Shown piece by piece: positions 11,600 to 21,585 of a stretch of 64,000 bases of DNA. The DNA comes from an uncultured Chloroflexia bacterium (GTDB taxonomy: Bacteria > Chloroflexota > Anaerolineae > CG2-30-64-16). The stretch lies in assembly GCA_963810095.1 (NCBI GenBank), contig CAWEMM010000014.1, positions 32,001 through 96,000 on the forward strand, given 5' to 3'. Made by a program: the position numbers and the translations under genes. The notes beneath the pieces are model-generated. The model was not told the DNA's origin and ran no database searches. It worked only from the letters and a program-made list of their open reading frames with translations. The first letter of the stretch is position 1; the number at the start of each line of letters is the position of its first letter.

Positions 11600-12853
11600 T
11601 TACGCCTGCACCGTCTCGGGCTCTTCCTCGGCCGGGAAGACCGGCAGGAACTTCGTCGCGACGGCAAACACTGCGATGCCAAAGGTGAACAGCGCCGCCG
11701 TCACCGCAATTTCGAAGATCGACGGGATGTAGACCGGGCCAGTGTAGCCGTACATGCCGAACATGTTGACGTTCAGCCGGTTCAGGATGCCGCCGAACAC
11801 GACCAGGCCCGCTACCGCAAAGAGCATGTTCTTGCTCTCCCGCACCCTCGGCCGCGACAGCAGGATTGCGGGCACCAGCGCGCACAGCCCTACCTCGATC
11901 CAGAACAAGACGGCCTGCAGGGTCGGCTCGGTCAGGCGCCACGCCTGTCCGCGCCACACCAGGTCGAGCAGCTTGGCGATCACGTAAACCGCCATCAGGA
12001 TCGAAGCCGCCTTTGCCAGCCGTGCCAGCAGGTCCTGCTCCAGCCCCCGCTTGAGCCCGCGTGAACTGAGGTTCGACTCGACCGCCACCATGCTCAGGCC
12101 CACGAATACTGCGGAGACCCAGAAGAAGATCGGCAGCAGCGGCGTGTACCACAGCGGGTCAAGCTTGCCGGGCGTAATCAGCCACATCGAGCCGAGCGAC
12201 GACTGATGCATGGTCGAGAGCAGGATGCCGATGATGACCAGCGGCAGCGTGATCTTGTGCGTGATGATCCAGGCCCGCCGCCAGCGCAGCCGCTCGAACA
12301 CGGCGGGCAGGAACTCCAGCGCCAGCACGGTCGTGTAGCACAGCACGCACATCGCCACTTCCCAGAGCACCGAGTGGATGTTGGGGAAGTAGACCGGGCG
12401 GGCCAACATGATGTTCTGCGGCCGCCCCACGTCGATTAGCAGCGCCACGATCAAGAGCGAGTAGCCCAGGAAGGCGGTCAGGATGGTCGAGCGCAGGATC
12501 GGCCGGTAGTGCTCGAGACCGAACACGTACACCAGGCCGGCCAGCACGAACGCACCGCCGCCCAGCATCGCGCCCGCCATGACGTCGAAGCCGATCCACA
12601 TACCGAGCGGAAACTGGTCCGACAGGTTCGTCACCGCGCCCAGGCCGTTGGTCAGGCGGAGGACAACCGCGATGGCCGCGACCGCCCAGAGGCAGAGCAC
12701 CAGGCCGACCATGGTGAAGAACTTCGGCGAGAAGTTCAGCTTCACGCCCGTCCAACGCTGCGCCAGGGTATAGCCGACGCCGGCAACGAGCAGCAGGGGC
12801 ACGCCAATGCGCAGGATGAACAGCGCAGCCAGCATAAGGAGATCTTGAAACAT
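11600..12853 (-). CDS. NrfD/PsrC-family quinone-interacting membrane subunit (HybB/HmcC-like) with extra N-terminal helix
   Basis: GLGAVTNLSDQFPLGMWIGFDV, IDVGRP, SVLWEVAMC, LSTMHQSSLG, ILNRLNV; about 11 TM helices. Confidence 0.88.
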   Translation of the reverse strand: MFQDLLMLAALFILRIGVPLLLVAGVGYTLAQRWTGVKLNFSPKFFTMVGLVLCLWAVAAIAVVLRLTNGLGAVTNLSDQFPLGMWIGFDVMAGAMLGGGAFVLAGLVYVFGLEHYRPILRSTILTAFLGYSLLIVALLIDVGRPQNIMLARPVYFPNIHSVLWEVAMCVLCYTTVLALEFLPAVFERLRWRRAWIITHKITLPLVIIGILLSTMHQSSLGSMWLITPGKLDPLWYTPLLPIFFWVSAVFVGLSMVAVESNLSSRGLKRGLEQDLLARLAKAASILMAVYVIAKLLDLVWRGQAWRLTEPTLQAVLFWIEVGLCALVPAILLSRPRVRESKNMLFAVAGLVVFGGILNRLNVNMFGMYGYTGPVYIPSIFEIAVTAALFTFGIAVFAVATKFLPVFPAEEEPETVQA

Positions 12854-12867
12854 GGTTTGGCTCCTGT

Positions 12868-13815
12868 CTACTCGTGCTTCGACTCGGGCCCGTGGGCTCC
12901 CGGCTCGACTCCGTGTTCGCCGGTTCGCTCCCAGGGCGGCGTGTCGTCATGATGGCCGTTGCGCTTGCCGGTGACGATCGCGGATCCCGTCAGGACCACA
13001 GCCAGGCCGCCGACGACGAACGGCAGCTTGCTCATGATGTCCCAGGTATAGCCCGGCACTTCCCGGGTCGTTACGTCGGTGCGGAAGCCGAGCTGCTCGA
13101 ACGGAACGTCCGAGATGTACAGCATCGAGGTGCCGCCGGCTTCGTGCTCGCCAAAGACATGGTCCACGTACTTGCCGTTCCCGGCCGCGATGCGGGCCTT
13201 GGCTTCCTTGAGCAGCTCGTCGCGCGTGCCGAACTTCAGCGCGCCCGATGGGCAGTTGGAGGCGCAGGCGGGTCCCTGGCCCTCGCGCTGGCGCTCGATG
13301 CAGAACATGCACTTGCGAATCTCGGGTGTCAGGCCGTCGTCCCACTGGAAGGTTGGGACATTGAACGGGCAGCTGGACATGCAGTAACGGCAGCCCAGGC
13401 AGCGGTCGGCCCGGTACGCGATCGGCCCTTCCTTCGTCTGGTGGAGCGCCGACACCGGGCACGCCGACGCACAGGCGGCGTCGAGGCAGTGCATGCACTG
13501 GCGCTTCACAAAGCGCGTCTCGCCGTTTTCGAGATCCACCTTCTGCAGGAAGGTAAAGTTCTCCGCCTGCAGCTTGCCCATGTTCTCCGTGGTCGGGTGC
13601 AGGTTGTTCGCCTCAATGCACGAGCGCTGGCAGTTGCCGCACCCGATGCACCGGCTGATGTCGATCAGCATCGAGGGCACGCCGGCCGGATTGACACCGG
13701 AAGAAGCCCCGGGTGCGGCCAGTGCGGGCTTCGCCGCATTGGCCACGACTGCTGCACCGCCGAGGGCCGCTGCCGACAATTTCAGGAACTGGCGGCGGGA
13801 TACCTGGGCGGTCAT
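12868..13815 (-). CDS. Tat-exported 4x[4Fe-4S] protein (HybA/HmcB-like)
   Basis: SRRQFLK Tat motif; CIGCGNC, CMHCLDAAC...CP, CLGCRYC...CP, KCMFC...PAC...CP; HEAGGTS; C-terminal TM. Confidence 0.9.
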   Translation of the reverse strand: MTAQVSRRQFLKLSAAALGGAAVVANAAKPALAAPGASSGVNPAGVPSMLIDISRCIGCGNCQRSCIEANNLHPTTENMGKLQAENFTFLQKVDLENGETRFVKRQCMHCLDAACASACPVSALHQTKEGPIAYRADRCLGCRYCMSSCPFNVPTFQWDDGLTPEIRKCMFCIERQREGQGPACASNCPSGALKFGTRDELLKEAKARIAAGNGKYVDHVFGEHEAGGTSMLYISDVPFEQLGFRTDVTTREVPGYTWDIMSKLPFVVGGLAVVLTGSAIVTGKRNGHHDDTPPWERTGEHGVEPGAHGPESKHE

Positions 13816-14714
13816 TGCGCTTTCCTCCGGTTCACGAGCGCCATGGCGCCCACGCCGATGATCAAGCCGAATACTGCACCCAGCCCCATCATCAGGCCCA
13901 TGCTGACGACCGCTACATTGCGCAGGTCGGTAATGCGCTGCTGATCCGCGTTCACCTGGGCTTCGAGCTCGGCGATGCGCTGCGTCTGCGCGGCCACCTG
14001 CTGCACGGTCTGCTCGGCCTTCGAGCTCACCTGCTCGGCCTTAGCACTGTTCTCGGTGTGAATGCTGCCGCTGTGGCACCCCGCGCACACGTCGGAGGCA
14101 ACCAGGAAGCTGTGGTTGCTCATCGAGGTCATCCCGGAGGCGTCGGCGGTTCCCACCTTCTCAGGCTTCATGTGGCAGGACACGCAGTCGATGCCGCTGA
14201 TGCCGTGGACCTCGTGGCTGAGCTTGGTCTGCTCGTCGGTGTGGCAAGCCGAGCAGAGCTTTTCGGCCGGTTCGAGCCGCAGGCCCTGGCTGTGCGCCAC
14301 GTGGCAGTCGAAGCAGTCGACGTTCTTGCTGCCGTGCTTGCTGGCTTCCCACTTGGTGAAGATCTCGCCGTGGCAGGTGCGGCAGGTCTTGGATTCCATG
14401 GGGAGCGTCATCGTCTCGCCCGCCGGATGGCCCTGCTTGTACTCGCCGTGGCACGACTCGCACGTAGCGCCCGCCTTGGCATGCGTGCTGGCTTCCCAGG
14501 CGGTGCTTTCGACCGCATGGCAGCCCTTGCAGATGGGCGCCTGGTCCTGCTGGCCCACGCTGGCGGCAGTGGCGCCGGCCGGCGCTGCAGGCGGCGCTGC
14601 GTTAGCGGGCGCGGCCACGGCGGTGAGCACCAGGACCAGCGCCAGGATGGCTGCTACGGGGGCCAGGACAAGCCAGTCCCGTTTCGACATAAGTGCCGAC
14701 AAATGCCGGTTCAT
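13812..14714 (-). CDS. Membrane-anchored heptaheme cytochrome c
   Basis: Signal peptide; seven CxxCH motifs (CKGCH, CESCH, CRTCH, CFDCH, CSACH, CVSCH, CAGCH); coiled coil; C-terminal TM. Confidence 0.9.
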   Translation of the reverse strand: MNRHLSALMSKRDWLVLAPVAAILALVLVLTAVAAPANAAPPAAPAGATAASVGQQDQAPICKGCHAVESTAWEASTHAKAGATCESCHGEYKQGHPAGETMTLPMESKTCRTCHGEIFTKWEASKHGSKNVDCFDCHVAHSQGLRLEPAEKLCSACHTDEQTKLSHEVHGISGIDCVSCHMKPEKVGTADASGMTSMSNHSFLVASDVCAGCHSGSIHTENSAKAEQVSSKAEQTVQQVAAQTQRIAELEAQVNADQQRITDLRNVAVVSMGLMMGLGAVFGLIIGVGAMALVNRRKAQ

Positions 14715-14738
14715 GAGTGGTCTCCTCCTTGAGATGGA

Positions 14739-15242
14739 CTACATCGATGGGTAGCGCTGGAAGACGTCACAGGTGACGCACTCCTCAGGAACGTGACCCT
14801 CGGCATTGAAACGGGCTTGCCAGCAGGGCTGATCCGGGTGGGACGGCGCCGCGCACTTGGCCTTCTTGTTCTCACTGCAGCCCTTCTCGTCCCAGCATTG
14901 CTTGCCTGCGGCCGACAGGCCCGCGGAGGCGGCTACACCTGCCTGTGCATACAGGCCGGGGCGCTGTTCCTTGGAGGCCGGCTGCGGCGGGATGAAGGGG
15001 AGCGGCTGCGGCGTGACAGGCTGCTTGCCCGGGCGGCGGCTCGGGACGGCCGGCTGGGGCGCTTCCGGCTGAACGGCCGGCTGCTCGGAGGCTACCTTCG
15101 CCTGGTAGGCACGAGCCTCGGCCTCCCAGCGGGCGTCCAGCCGCTTGAGCAGATAACCTACGCCCAAGACAACCAGTGCAGGGACACCGATCCGCAGGAA
15201 CAGCATTCCGATGAAAACAGCGACGTCAGTGAAGTCGATCAT
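14739..15242 (-). CDS. Membrane-anchored protein with Pro-rich linker and Cys-rich two-CW-like C-terminal domain
   Basis: AGAGGAGG RBS; N-terminal TM 'LRIGVP'; C-terminus CWDEKGC...KC...PCW...ECVTC. Confidence 0.75.
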   Translation of the reverse strand: MIDFTDVAVFIGMLFLRIGVPALVVLGVGYLLKRLDARWEAEARAYQAKVASEQPAVQPEAPQPAVPSRRPGKQPVTPQPLPFIPPQPASKEQRPGLYAQAGVAASAGLSAAGKQCWDEKGCSENKKAKCAAPSHPDQPCWQARFNAEGHVPEECVTCDVFQRYPSM

Positions 15243-15283
15243 AGGGTCCTCCTCTTTGATCTGCGACGAAGGGAACGGTGATC

Positions 15284-15394
15284 CTAAATCCGGTGGGCAT
15301 CCCAGCGGCGCAAGCCTGCGCTTGCCAGCGCCAGTAACCCGAGTGGAACGGCTAATCGGATGAGGATGCCGAGCGTCATTGCCAGACTTTCCAT
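15284..15394 (-). CDS. 36-aa single-TM small protein
   Basis: AGGAGG RBS upstream of ATG 15394; MESLAMTLGILIRLAVPLGLLALASAGLRRWDAHRI. Confidence 0.6.
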   Translation of the reverse strand: MESLAMTLGILIRLAVPLGLLALASAGLRRWDAHRI

Positions 15395-15640
15395 AGATGC
15401 CTCCTCGAGCGTCGGTTGTCGGGGTGAGCCCTTGAACCCATACGCTCCCATCTGGCTACAGCTTACTACTTCGGAGCGTGCGGAATAAATCGGGTAGAGC
15501 ACCCATCTTTGGGGTAGGGTGAATGTCCCATGGTTGGGTGGGTGAGGAGCGTCGGGGCCTTTGCCGCGGGTGCGGAAGTCGGGATATAATCGCGTTACGT
15601 GCCCGCCCCACCCGACTCCATACGTTAGGAGAAGCCAACT

Positions 15641-16655
15641 ATGCCCCCTCGTGCCACCGACCGGAGAATCCCCTGGTACCGGTCGCCCGTCCCGCGCGAC
15701 GTCCTGCCCGCTGCTAAACCAGCGCAGCGATTGGAAGGGCTTGCAGCAGAGCCTGGGCCATCTTGGCCTGCTCGTGCTGACCGGGGCTGCGACCTGGTTC
15801 GCCGCGTTTAACCTGCCCCTGATCGTGTTCCTGGGTCTCCTGTACGTGCACGGCGCATGTTGGGCGTTTCTGCTGAACGGCTTCCACGAGTTGTGTCACA
15901 AGACCGTCTTCAAGACCAAGGCGTTCAATACCCTGTTTCTCGACGTCGTCAGCTTCCTGAGCTGGTACAACCCGGTCTTATTCTGGGCCAGCCACCAGGA
16001 GCACCACAAATACACGCTGCATCCGCCCGACGATCTCGAGGTCGTCTTGCCCGCAGCGCTGACGGTCCAGGACTTCTTGAAGGTTGCGGTGGTCAATCCG
16101 TGGGACTTCTTGACGCGGCTTAAAGGGTACGTGCGGTTGAGCCTGGGGAAGCTGGAAGGGGAGTGGGAGAACGCGCTGTTCCCCCCGACCGCTGTGGCAG
16201 AGCGCCGTGCATTGTTCCGGTGGGCCCGGCTGCACCTGCTTGGTCATGCGGTGATCGTGGCGGTCTCGCTCTATTTCGGCCTGTGGCTCGTGCCGGTCCT
16301 CATCACCTTGGCCCCGTTCTACGGGGGCGGCCTGCAGTGGCTCTGCAACAACGCGCAGCACACGGGGCTGATGGATAGGGTCTCGGACTATCGGCTGTGC
16401 TGCCGCACCGTCCTTCTTAACCCGTTTCTGCGGTTTCTGTACTGGAACATGAACTATCACACCGAGCATCACATGTACGCCGCGGTGCCGTGCTACAACC
16501 TGGGGAAGCTGCACGAGCAAATCGCGGCCGATCTGCCGCATTGTCCGTCGGGCCTGGTGGAGACGTGGCGGGGAATCATTGCCATTTTGAGGCGGCAGAG
16601 GGTTGAGCCGGGGTACCAGTACACGGCGGAGCTGCCGCCCCGCGCCGCGGTGTGA
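15641..16655 (+). CDS. Fatty acid desaturase-family membrane di-iron enzyme; frameshift ~15706
   Basis: AGGAG RBS then MPPRATDRRIPWYRSPV; His boxes HELCH, HQEHH and HTEHH. Confidence 0.82.
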
Positions 16656-16720
16656 ACGACGGCGACTAGCTCTTGGCGAGGGCGAGCCCCTGTTCGAGGC
16701 TGCTTCTTCTGTTCTTTGGC

Positions 16721-16791
16721 GAGGGCCGGCCGGCCCCCGCCGCCCCCGCCTCAGGGGCTGCGCCCCCGAGACCCCCAAAGGCTACGCTCCT
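16721..16791 (+). repeat. Dispersed GC-rich REP/MITE-like repeat (copy A)
   Basis: Aligns by eye to the reverse complement of 59466-59534. Confidence 0.6.
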
Positions 16792-17082
16792 GACGGTGCT
16801 CACTACAGGGATCGAGCGGGCCTGCTGAACAAAGGGTACTTTGTGGAAGATGCGCCCCACAGAACTTGGTCTTCCCCGAGCCCGTGGCTGGCGGACCGCA
16901 CCGGTCAGGGGGCCCCAGGCCGGCAGCTTGCGGACGCATCATCCCCCCGACTCAATTTGGGGTTCAAAGGGGCTGCCGCCGCAGCGGGTTCCCCCTGTCG
17001 GGGGCTGTTGGGGGCCGGATGGCCCCCAACAAATAGACTTGAGTAGCTTACCCGTGTCCCGACGGCCCACAAGAAAGAAAAG

Positions 17083-17745
17083 CTATCTGATCTCGATCAA
17101 GCCCTTCTCGATCGCGTAACGGACCAACTCGACCCGGCTGTGCAGGTTGAGCTTCGCCATAATATTCTCGCGATGGCGGTTCACCGTCTTGACGCTGATC
17201 ACCAACGCGTCCGCGATCTCCTGGTTGCTCTGACCTTCTGCGATCAGCGCCAGCACCTCGCGCTCGCGCTCCGTGAGTTCCTCGAGTCCCTGGCGCACGG
17301 CTCCGCCGGGCTGCTCGCGTCGATGCAGGTAGTCCTGCACCAGCGTTCTTGCAAGTGACGGGAACAGGAACATGCCGCCCCCGCGCACTGCGTGAATCGC
17401 GCTCATCAGGTCGTTCGGCGCGGCCCGCTTCGGCACGTACCCGGACGCGCCCGCCCCCAGCATCTCGAAGAAGTATTGGTCGTCTTCGTGCATGGTCAGC
17501 GCGAGCACGGCGATCTCCGGATGCTCCGCCTTGATGCGCCGGGTGGCCTCGATCCCGTTCATGTCCGGCATCGAGATGTCCATCAGGATCACGTCCGGCC
17601 GGAGTTCCTCGGCCAGGCGGATGCCCTCCGCGCCGGTTTCGGCCTCCCCGATGATCTCCAGCTCGGGATCGGCCCCCAGGAGCATCTTGAGTCCCCCTCG
17701 GATCACCGCGTGGTCGTCGACCAGCAGGATGCGTGTGTGCGCCAT
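17083..17745 (-). CDS. NarL/LuxR-family response regulator
   Basis: LVDDH, DVILMDISMP, GYVPK, LTEREREVL...SNQEIA...KTVNRHRENIMAKL. Confidence 0.93.
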   Translation of the reverse strand: MAHTRILLVDDHAVIRGGLKMLLGADPELEIIGEAETGAEGIRLAEELRPDVILMDISMPDMNGIEATRRIKAEHPEIAVLALTMHEDDQYFFEMLGAGASGYVPKRAAPNDLMSAIHAVRGGGMFLFPSLARTLVQDYLHRREQPGGAVRQGLEELTEREREVLALIAEGQSNQEIADALVISVKTVNRHRENIMAKLNLHSRVELVRYAIEKGLIEIR

Positions 17746-17763
17746 CAGCCTATCTCGCTCTGC

Positions 17764-19810
17764 TCATGTGATCGGCAGCTCCACCGTGATGCAGGTGCCT
17801 TCTCCTGGCGCGGAGTCAATCGCCAGTCGCCCTTCTACCAACCCGACCCGCTCGCGCATGCCCGGCAGCCCCAGCCCCGACCCCGGGCGCATGGCGCGGC
17901 GGCTGCTTGGGGTCAAAGCCCACGCCGTTGTCTTCGATGCGCAAGCGGACGCCCTCGCCGTTTTGAGAGAGCCGCAAGCACACCCGAGTGGCCTGCGAGT
18001 GCCGCTGCACGTTGGTGAGCGCCTCCTGGGTCACCCGGAAAAGCACGGTTTCGTGCTCCGGCGGCAGGCGGTTGGGCAGCTTTTCGACCTCCAGTTGAAC
18101 GTCGACCTGGGGGTTGGCCGCCAGGTACTGCTTGACGTACCAGCGCAGCGCGGGCACGAGGCCCAGGTCGTCGAGTTGGGCCGGTCGCAGGTTCGCCATG
18201 ATATTGCGCAGCTCGCTGATCGCTTGGTCGCTCATGCTGCGTAAGCTGCGCAGCAGCGCAGCGGCGCGTGCCTCGTCGTCTGCGTCCAGCGCGGATTGGA
18301 GCGCAGCCAGGCCCATGCCCAGCGCGGTCAGCTTCTGGCCCGTGTCGTCGTGCAACTCGCGCGCGATCCGCCGGCGTTCGTCCTCCTGCGCGTGGACCAG
18401 CTTGCGCACAAGATCTTCGAGCTGCGCCTCGCGCTCCTGCACCACCTGGTACAGCCGCACGTTGTCCATGGCCGTGGCAAACTGCTGCGCAAACGCAGTC
18501 AGCAGCCGGAGCTCATCCTCACCCAGCGGCTCTTCCTCGCTGGCCGACGAGAGCGCCAACGCACCGAAAGTTTGGTCCTTCACCCGCAGCGGGACGCCCA
18601 GCGAGCGGTATCCTTTCGCCCCTCCAAAGCTCTCCGGTCCGAGGACGACGACCTTGCCGTCCAGGCCTGCCCCGGTCGGCCCGGAAACTTCGGCTGCGCG
18701 CACGCTCAACTCGGTGACGGGTGGGGGCAGAGTCGGCACGGGGGTCTGCGGCCGGCGGTAGGCCCGCAATAACTCGTACCCGCCGTCGGGCCGGCGCAGG
18801 AATGCCACCGCGCAGCATGCCTTTTCGAAGCTGTGTACCACCTGTCGGAGCGCGTCGCCCGCCACCTCGCCGAAGTTGAGCGTCGACGAAAGGATACGGG
18901 ACATGTCGACCAGCGCCGCGAGTTCGCCCGCGGTGAGCTGGAGTTCCAGGTTCAACGCTTCGACCTCGTCGGCCCGCCGCTGCTGCGCCTCGAGAGCCGC
19001 GGCTTGCGCTTCGATACGCGCCTTGTTTGCGCGTGCCAACCGGATCCGCCCTTCGGCCTCGAATGCGCGCAGGGCCTTGCCGAGGTGGAAGGCAATCCCC
19101 GCGGCGGCGGCGGCGCGCACGATTTGGATGGGGAAGCTGAACGTGCGCAGGAAGAACGCGGAGTTGAGGGTTTGGGACGGCCAGACCAGGCTGGCCTTGA
19201 CGAACGTCTGCCCGATGACGCCGTACACCGCAAATGCCAGGCCGGCCCACAGTAGCGAGCCGCCGTACTGGCTCATGCCGCGGGCGTGGAAGTCGCGGCG
19301 CTCGCGCAGCAGGGCCCAGGCCGCCAGCAGCGCGCCCGGAATGGCGAGGCTGTAGCGGGCCAGCACGTCGCCGGCCGCGAACAACTGGCCGATGCCCGGG
19401 CGGTAGCGCCAGGCGACGTAGGCGAGCGCGATCGCCCAGAGCAGGGTCATCGCGGCCACCTGCACCGCACTGGCGCGCGGCCGGCGTTCCGCGCCCGGCA
19501 GCAGCCGGGTGCCAAACAGCAGCAGGCAGACGAACGACGCGACAAGCGTGCCGAGCCGGATGACGTCGACGACGAGCCCGGGGACATAGTCGACGTTGGC
19601 GGCCGCAAAAAGCTGGAACATCTCGAACCACTCGTGCGCGCCGTGAAGGAGCCCGAACAATGCCAGGGGCACGAGGGCGCGTGCGAAGCGGAATTCCGAG
19701 GCCCGTCCCGATTCCAGGAGGACGACCAGTCCCAGCCCGACGAATGCCAGTCCGTAGAAGAAATAGACAAACACCAGGTTGTCGGTGAAGAACTTCGCGA
19801 CGACATCCAT
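17764..19810 (-). CDS. Sensor histidine kinase (multi-TM sensor, GAF, HisKA_3, HATPase); frameshift ~17885
   Basis: FGLLHGAHEWFEMF in TM region; ERRRIARELHDD; FRVTQEALTNV; EDNGVGF; shifted tail GLPGMRER...GTCITVELP to TGA 17764. Confidence 0.87.
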
Positions 19811-19938
19811 AGCGTGTATTATAGCACAAAGATCGTCGCTGTTTCTCGGCGTCGACATTCTTCATCTCGCCGGCCAGGCTTATTCATACTCGCTTAATCT
19901 CCGACAATTATCTTCTGTCTCGACGCTCAGGAGCCCCC

Positions 19939-21585
19939 TTGCCCAAACCGCGACAGCGCGAACTGCTCTTTCTGATGGCGGTCGTCATCCTCGCGATGAC
20001 GGTGCGTGCCGCGTTTACCGCCCTGCCGCGCGTCGTCCGGTGGGACGAGGCCGGCTACCAACTCATCGCCCGCAGTTTGCTTGCCGGCCACGGCTACGTG
20101 GAAGTGGTCGGCGCCCGCGATCTCCAACAACCGCCGGTCGTCGCCTACCTCTCCGCGGCGGGGCAAGCCCTGGGGCTGCCCATTCCCTGGTCGACTGCCG
20201 CGCTGGCTCACGTGTTGCTCGGCGCGCTGACGGTGGTCCCCGTCTACCTGCTGGGTCGCGACCTCAAATCGCGCCGGGTCGGTGGGATCGCAGCCCTGTT
20301 GGTCGCGCTGCACCCCGCGCTGGCCGTCAGCCCGCTCTATTGGAGCACGATGACGGAGCCGCCTTACGTCCTGTTTATGCTCTGTGGAACGTACGCGGCG
20401 TGGCGGGCTGCGCGCGATGGCGGCTGGTCGTGGTTCGCAGGCATGGGATTAGGGTTTGGCCTCGCCTACCTGACGCGGCCCGAAGCAATGGCGTATCTGG
20501 TGGCGCTCGTGGCGTATGTTCTGTTGTACCGCGGACGTGCGGCGCTGCGCAGCGGGCAGGGTTTGCGCCTCGCCGGTCAGGCAGCCGCGGCCATCGCCGT
20601 CTTCGTCCTCGTCTGCTCTCCTTACATCATGTATGTGCACCGGGTGACGGGCCGCTGGACGATATCCGGCAAGCAGGGCATCACCATGGGGATTGCCTGG
20701 GCCTACGTGCAGGGGAGCCAGGCCGAGCACGACCGGGCGACCGCCGGCCTTGACGCGTCGGGCAAGGAAATCGCGTGGCTCTCGAGTGAGCAGTATGATT
20801 TCTCGCTCGTCGGGTGGATTCGGGAAGATCCGGGCCGTTTCCTGAGCCTGGTGCGCCACAATGCACAAGCGTTTGCCGCCGCCCTCTTCAGCCAGGACCT
20901 CTTTCAGCCGTGGCAGATCGTGTTGATGGCGCTTGGGCTGTTCGCGGTACCTTGGACACGGCGCCGAGGGGTGCGTGAGGCCTTCCTGTTCTTTGCACTC
21001 GCGCCGACGCTGGCCATCATTCCGCTGTTTGTGCTCAGCCGTTTCATGGCATTCGTCGTACCCCTTGGCATGATTTGGGCGGCCGAGGGCGTCGAGACGC
21101 TGCGGCACTGGGCGAGCGCGACGGGACGTCTGTGTTCGGAAGACGGGCGGACCGTGGCAGGGCGTCTTTTCGCCGCGGTAGCTGGGTTGGTCCTGCCCGC
21201 GATAGCCCTGCTGCTTTTGCTCGAGGGCGCATCGGTCGCGGTCCACGAGCGCCCGGCCCAGCCCTTCTTTCGCGTACGGGCGGCCGAGTGGCTGCAAAAG
21301 AACACGCCTCCCGGCAGCCCCGTAATGCTTCGTGATTCCGAAATCAGCCTGTACGCGAACCGGCCCCAAGTGGCCTTCCCGAACGCATCCTGGGAGAAAG
21401 TTGCGGCGTATGCGCGGGCCCGCGGCGCAGCCTACGTCGTGGTCGACGACCGGGAGATTCACTCGGTGCGTCCCGACCTCGAAGCCCTCCTCGATCCAAC
21501 GGCCGGCCAGCCCTTGCCGGGCCTGACTCCGCTCGTCCGGCTTGCCGGCGGCGGCCATACCTTGTTGGTTTTCACCTTCCGTTAG
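19939..21585 (+). CDS. ArnT/GT39-like (PMT_2) membrane glycosyltransferase
   Basis: WDEAGY, QPPV, MTEP, YLTRPEA; many TM helices and a C-terminal soluble domain. Confidence 0.75.
   Translation: MPKPRQRELLFLMAVVILAMTVRAAFTALPRVVRWDEAGYQLIARSLLAGHGYVEVVGARDLQQPPVVAYLSAAGQALGLPIPWSTAALAHVLLGALTVVPVYLLGRDLKSRRVGGIAALLVALHPALAVSPLYWSTMTEPPYVLFMLCGTYAAWRAARDGGWSWFAGMGLGFGLAYLTRPEAMAYLVALVAYVLLYRGRAALRSGQGLRLAGQAAAAIAVFVLVCSPYIMYVHRVTGRWTISGKQGITMGIAWAYVQGSQAEHDRATAGLDASGKEIAWLSSEQYDFSLVGWIREDPGRFLSLVRHNAQAFAAALFSQDLFQPWQIVLMALGLFAVPWTRRRGVREAFLFFALAPTLAIIPLFVLSRFMAFVVPLGMIWAAEGVETLRHWASATGRLCSEDGRTVAGRLFAAVAGLVLPAIALLLLLEGASVAVHERPAQPFFRVRAAEWLQKNTPPGSPVMLRDSEISLYANRPQVAFPNASWEKVAAYARARGAAYVVVDDREIHSVRPDLEALLDPTAGQPLPGLTPLVRLAGGGHTLLVFTFR

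Noticed and set aside
11600-13815. Complete Hyb hydrogenase or alternative complex III
   Set aside because: No NiFe large or small subunit, maturases, or ActB/D/E/F genes are present.
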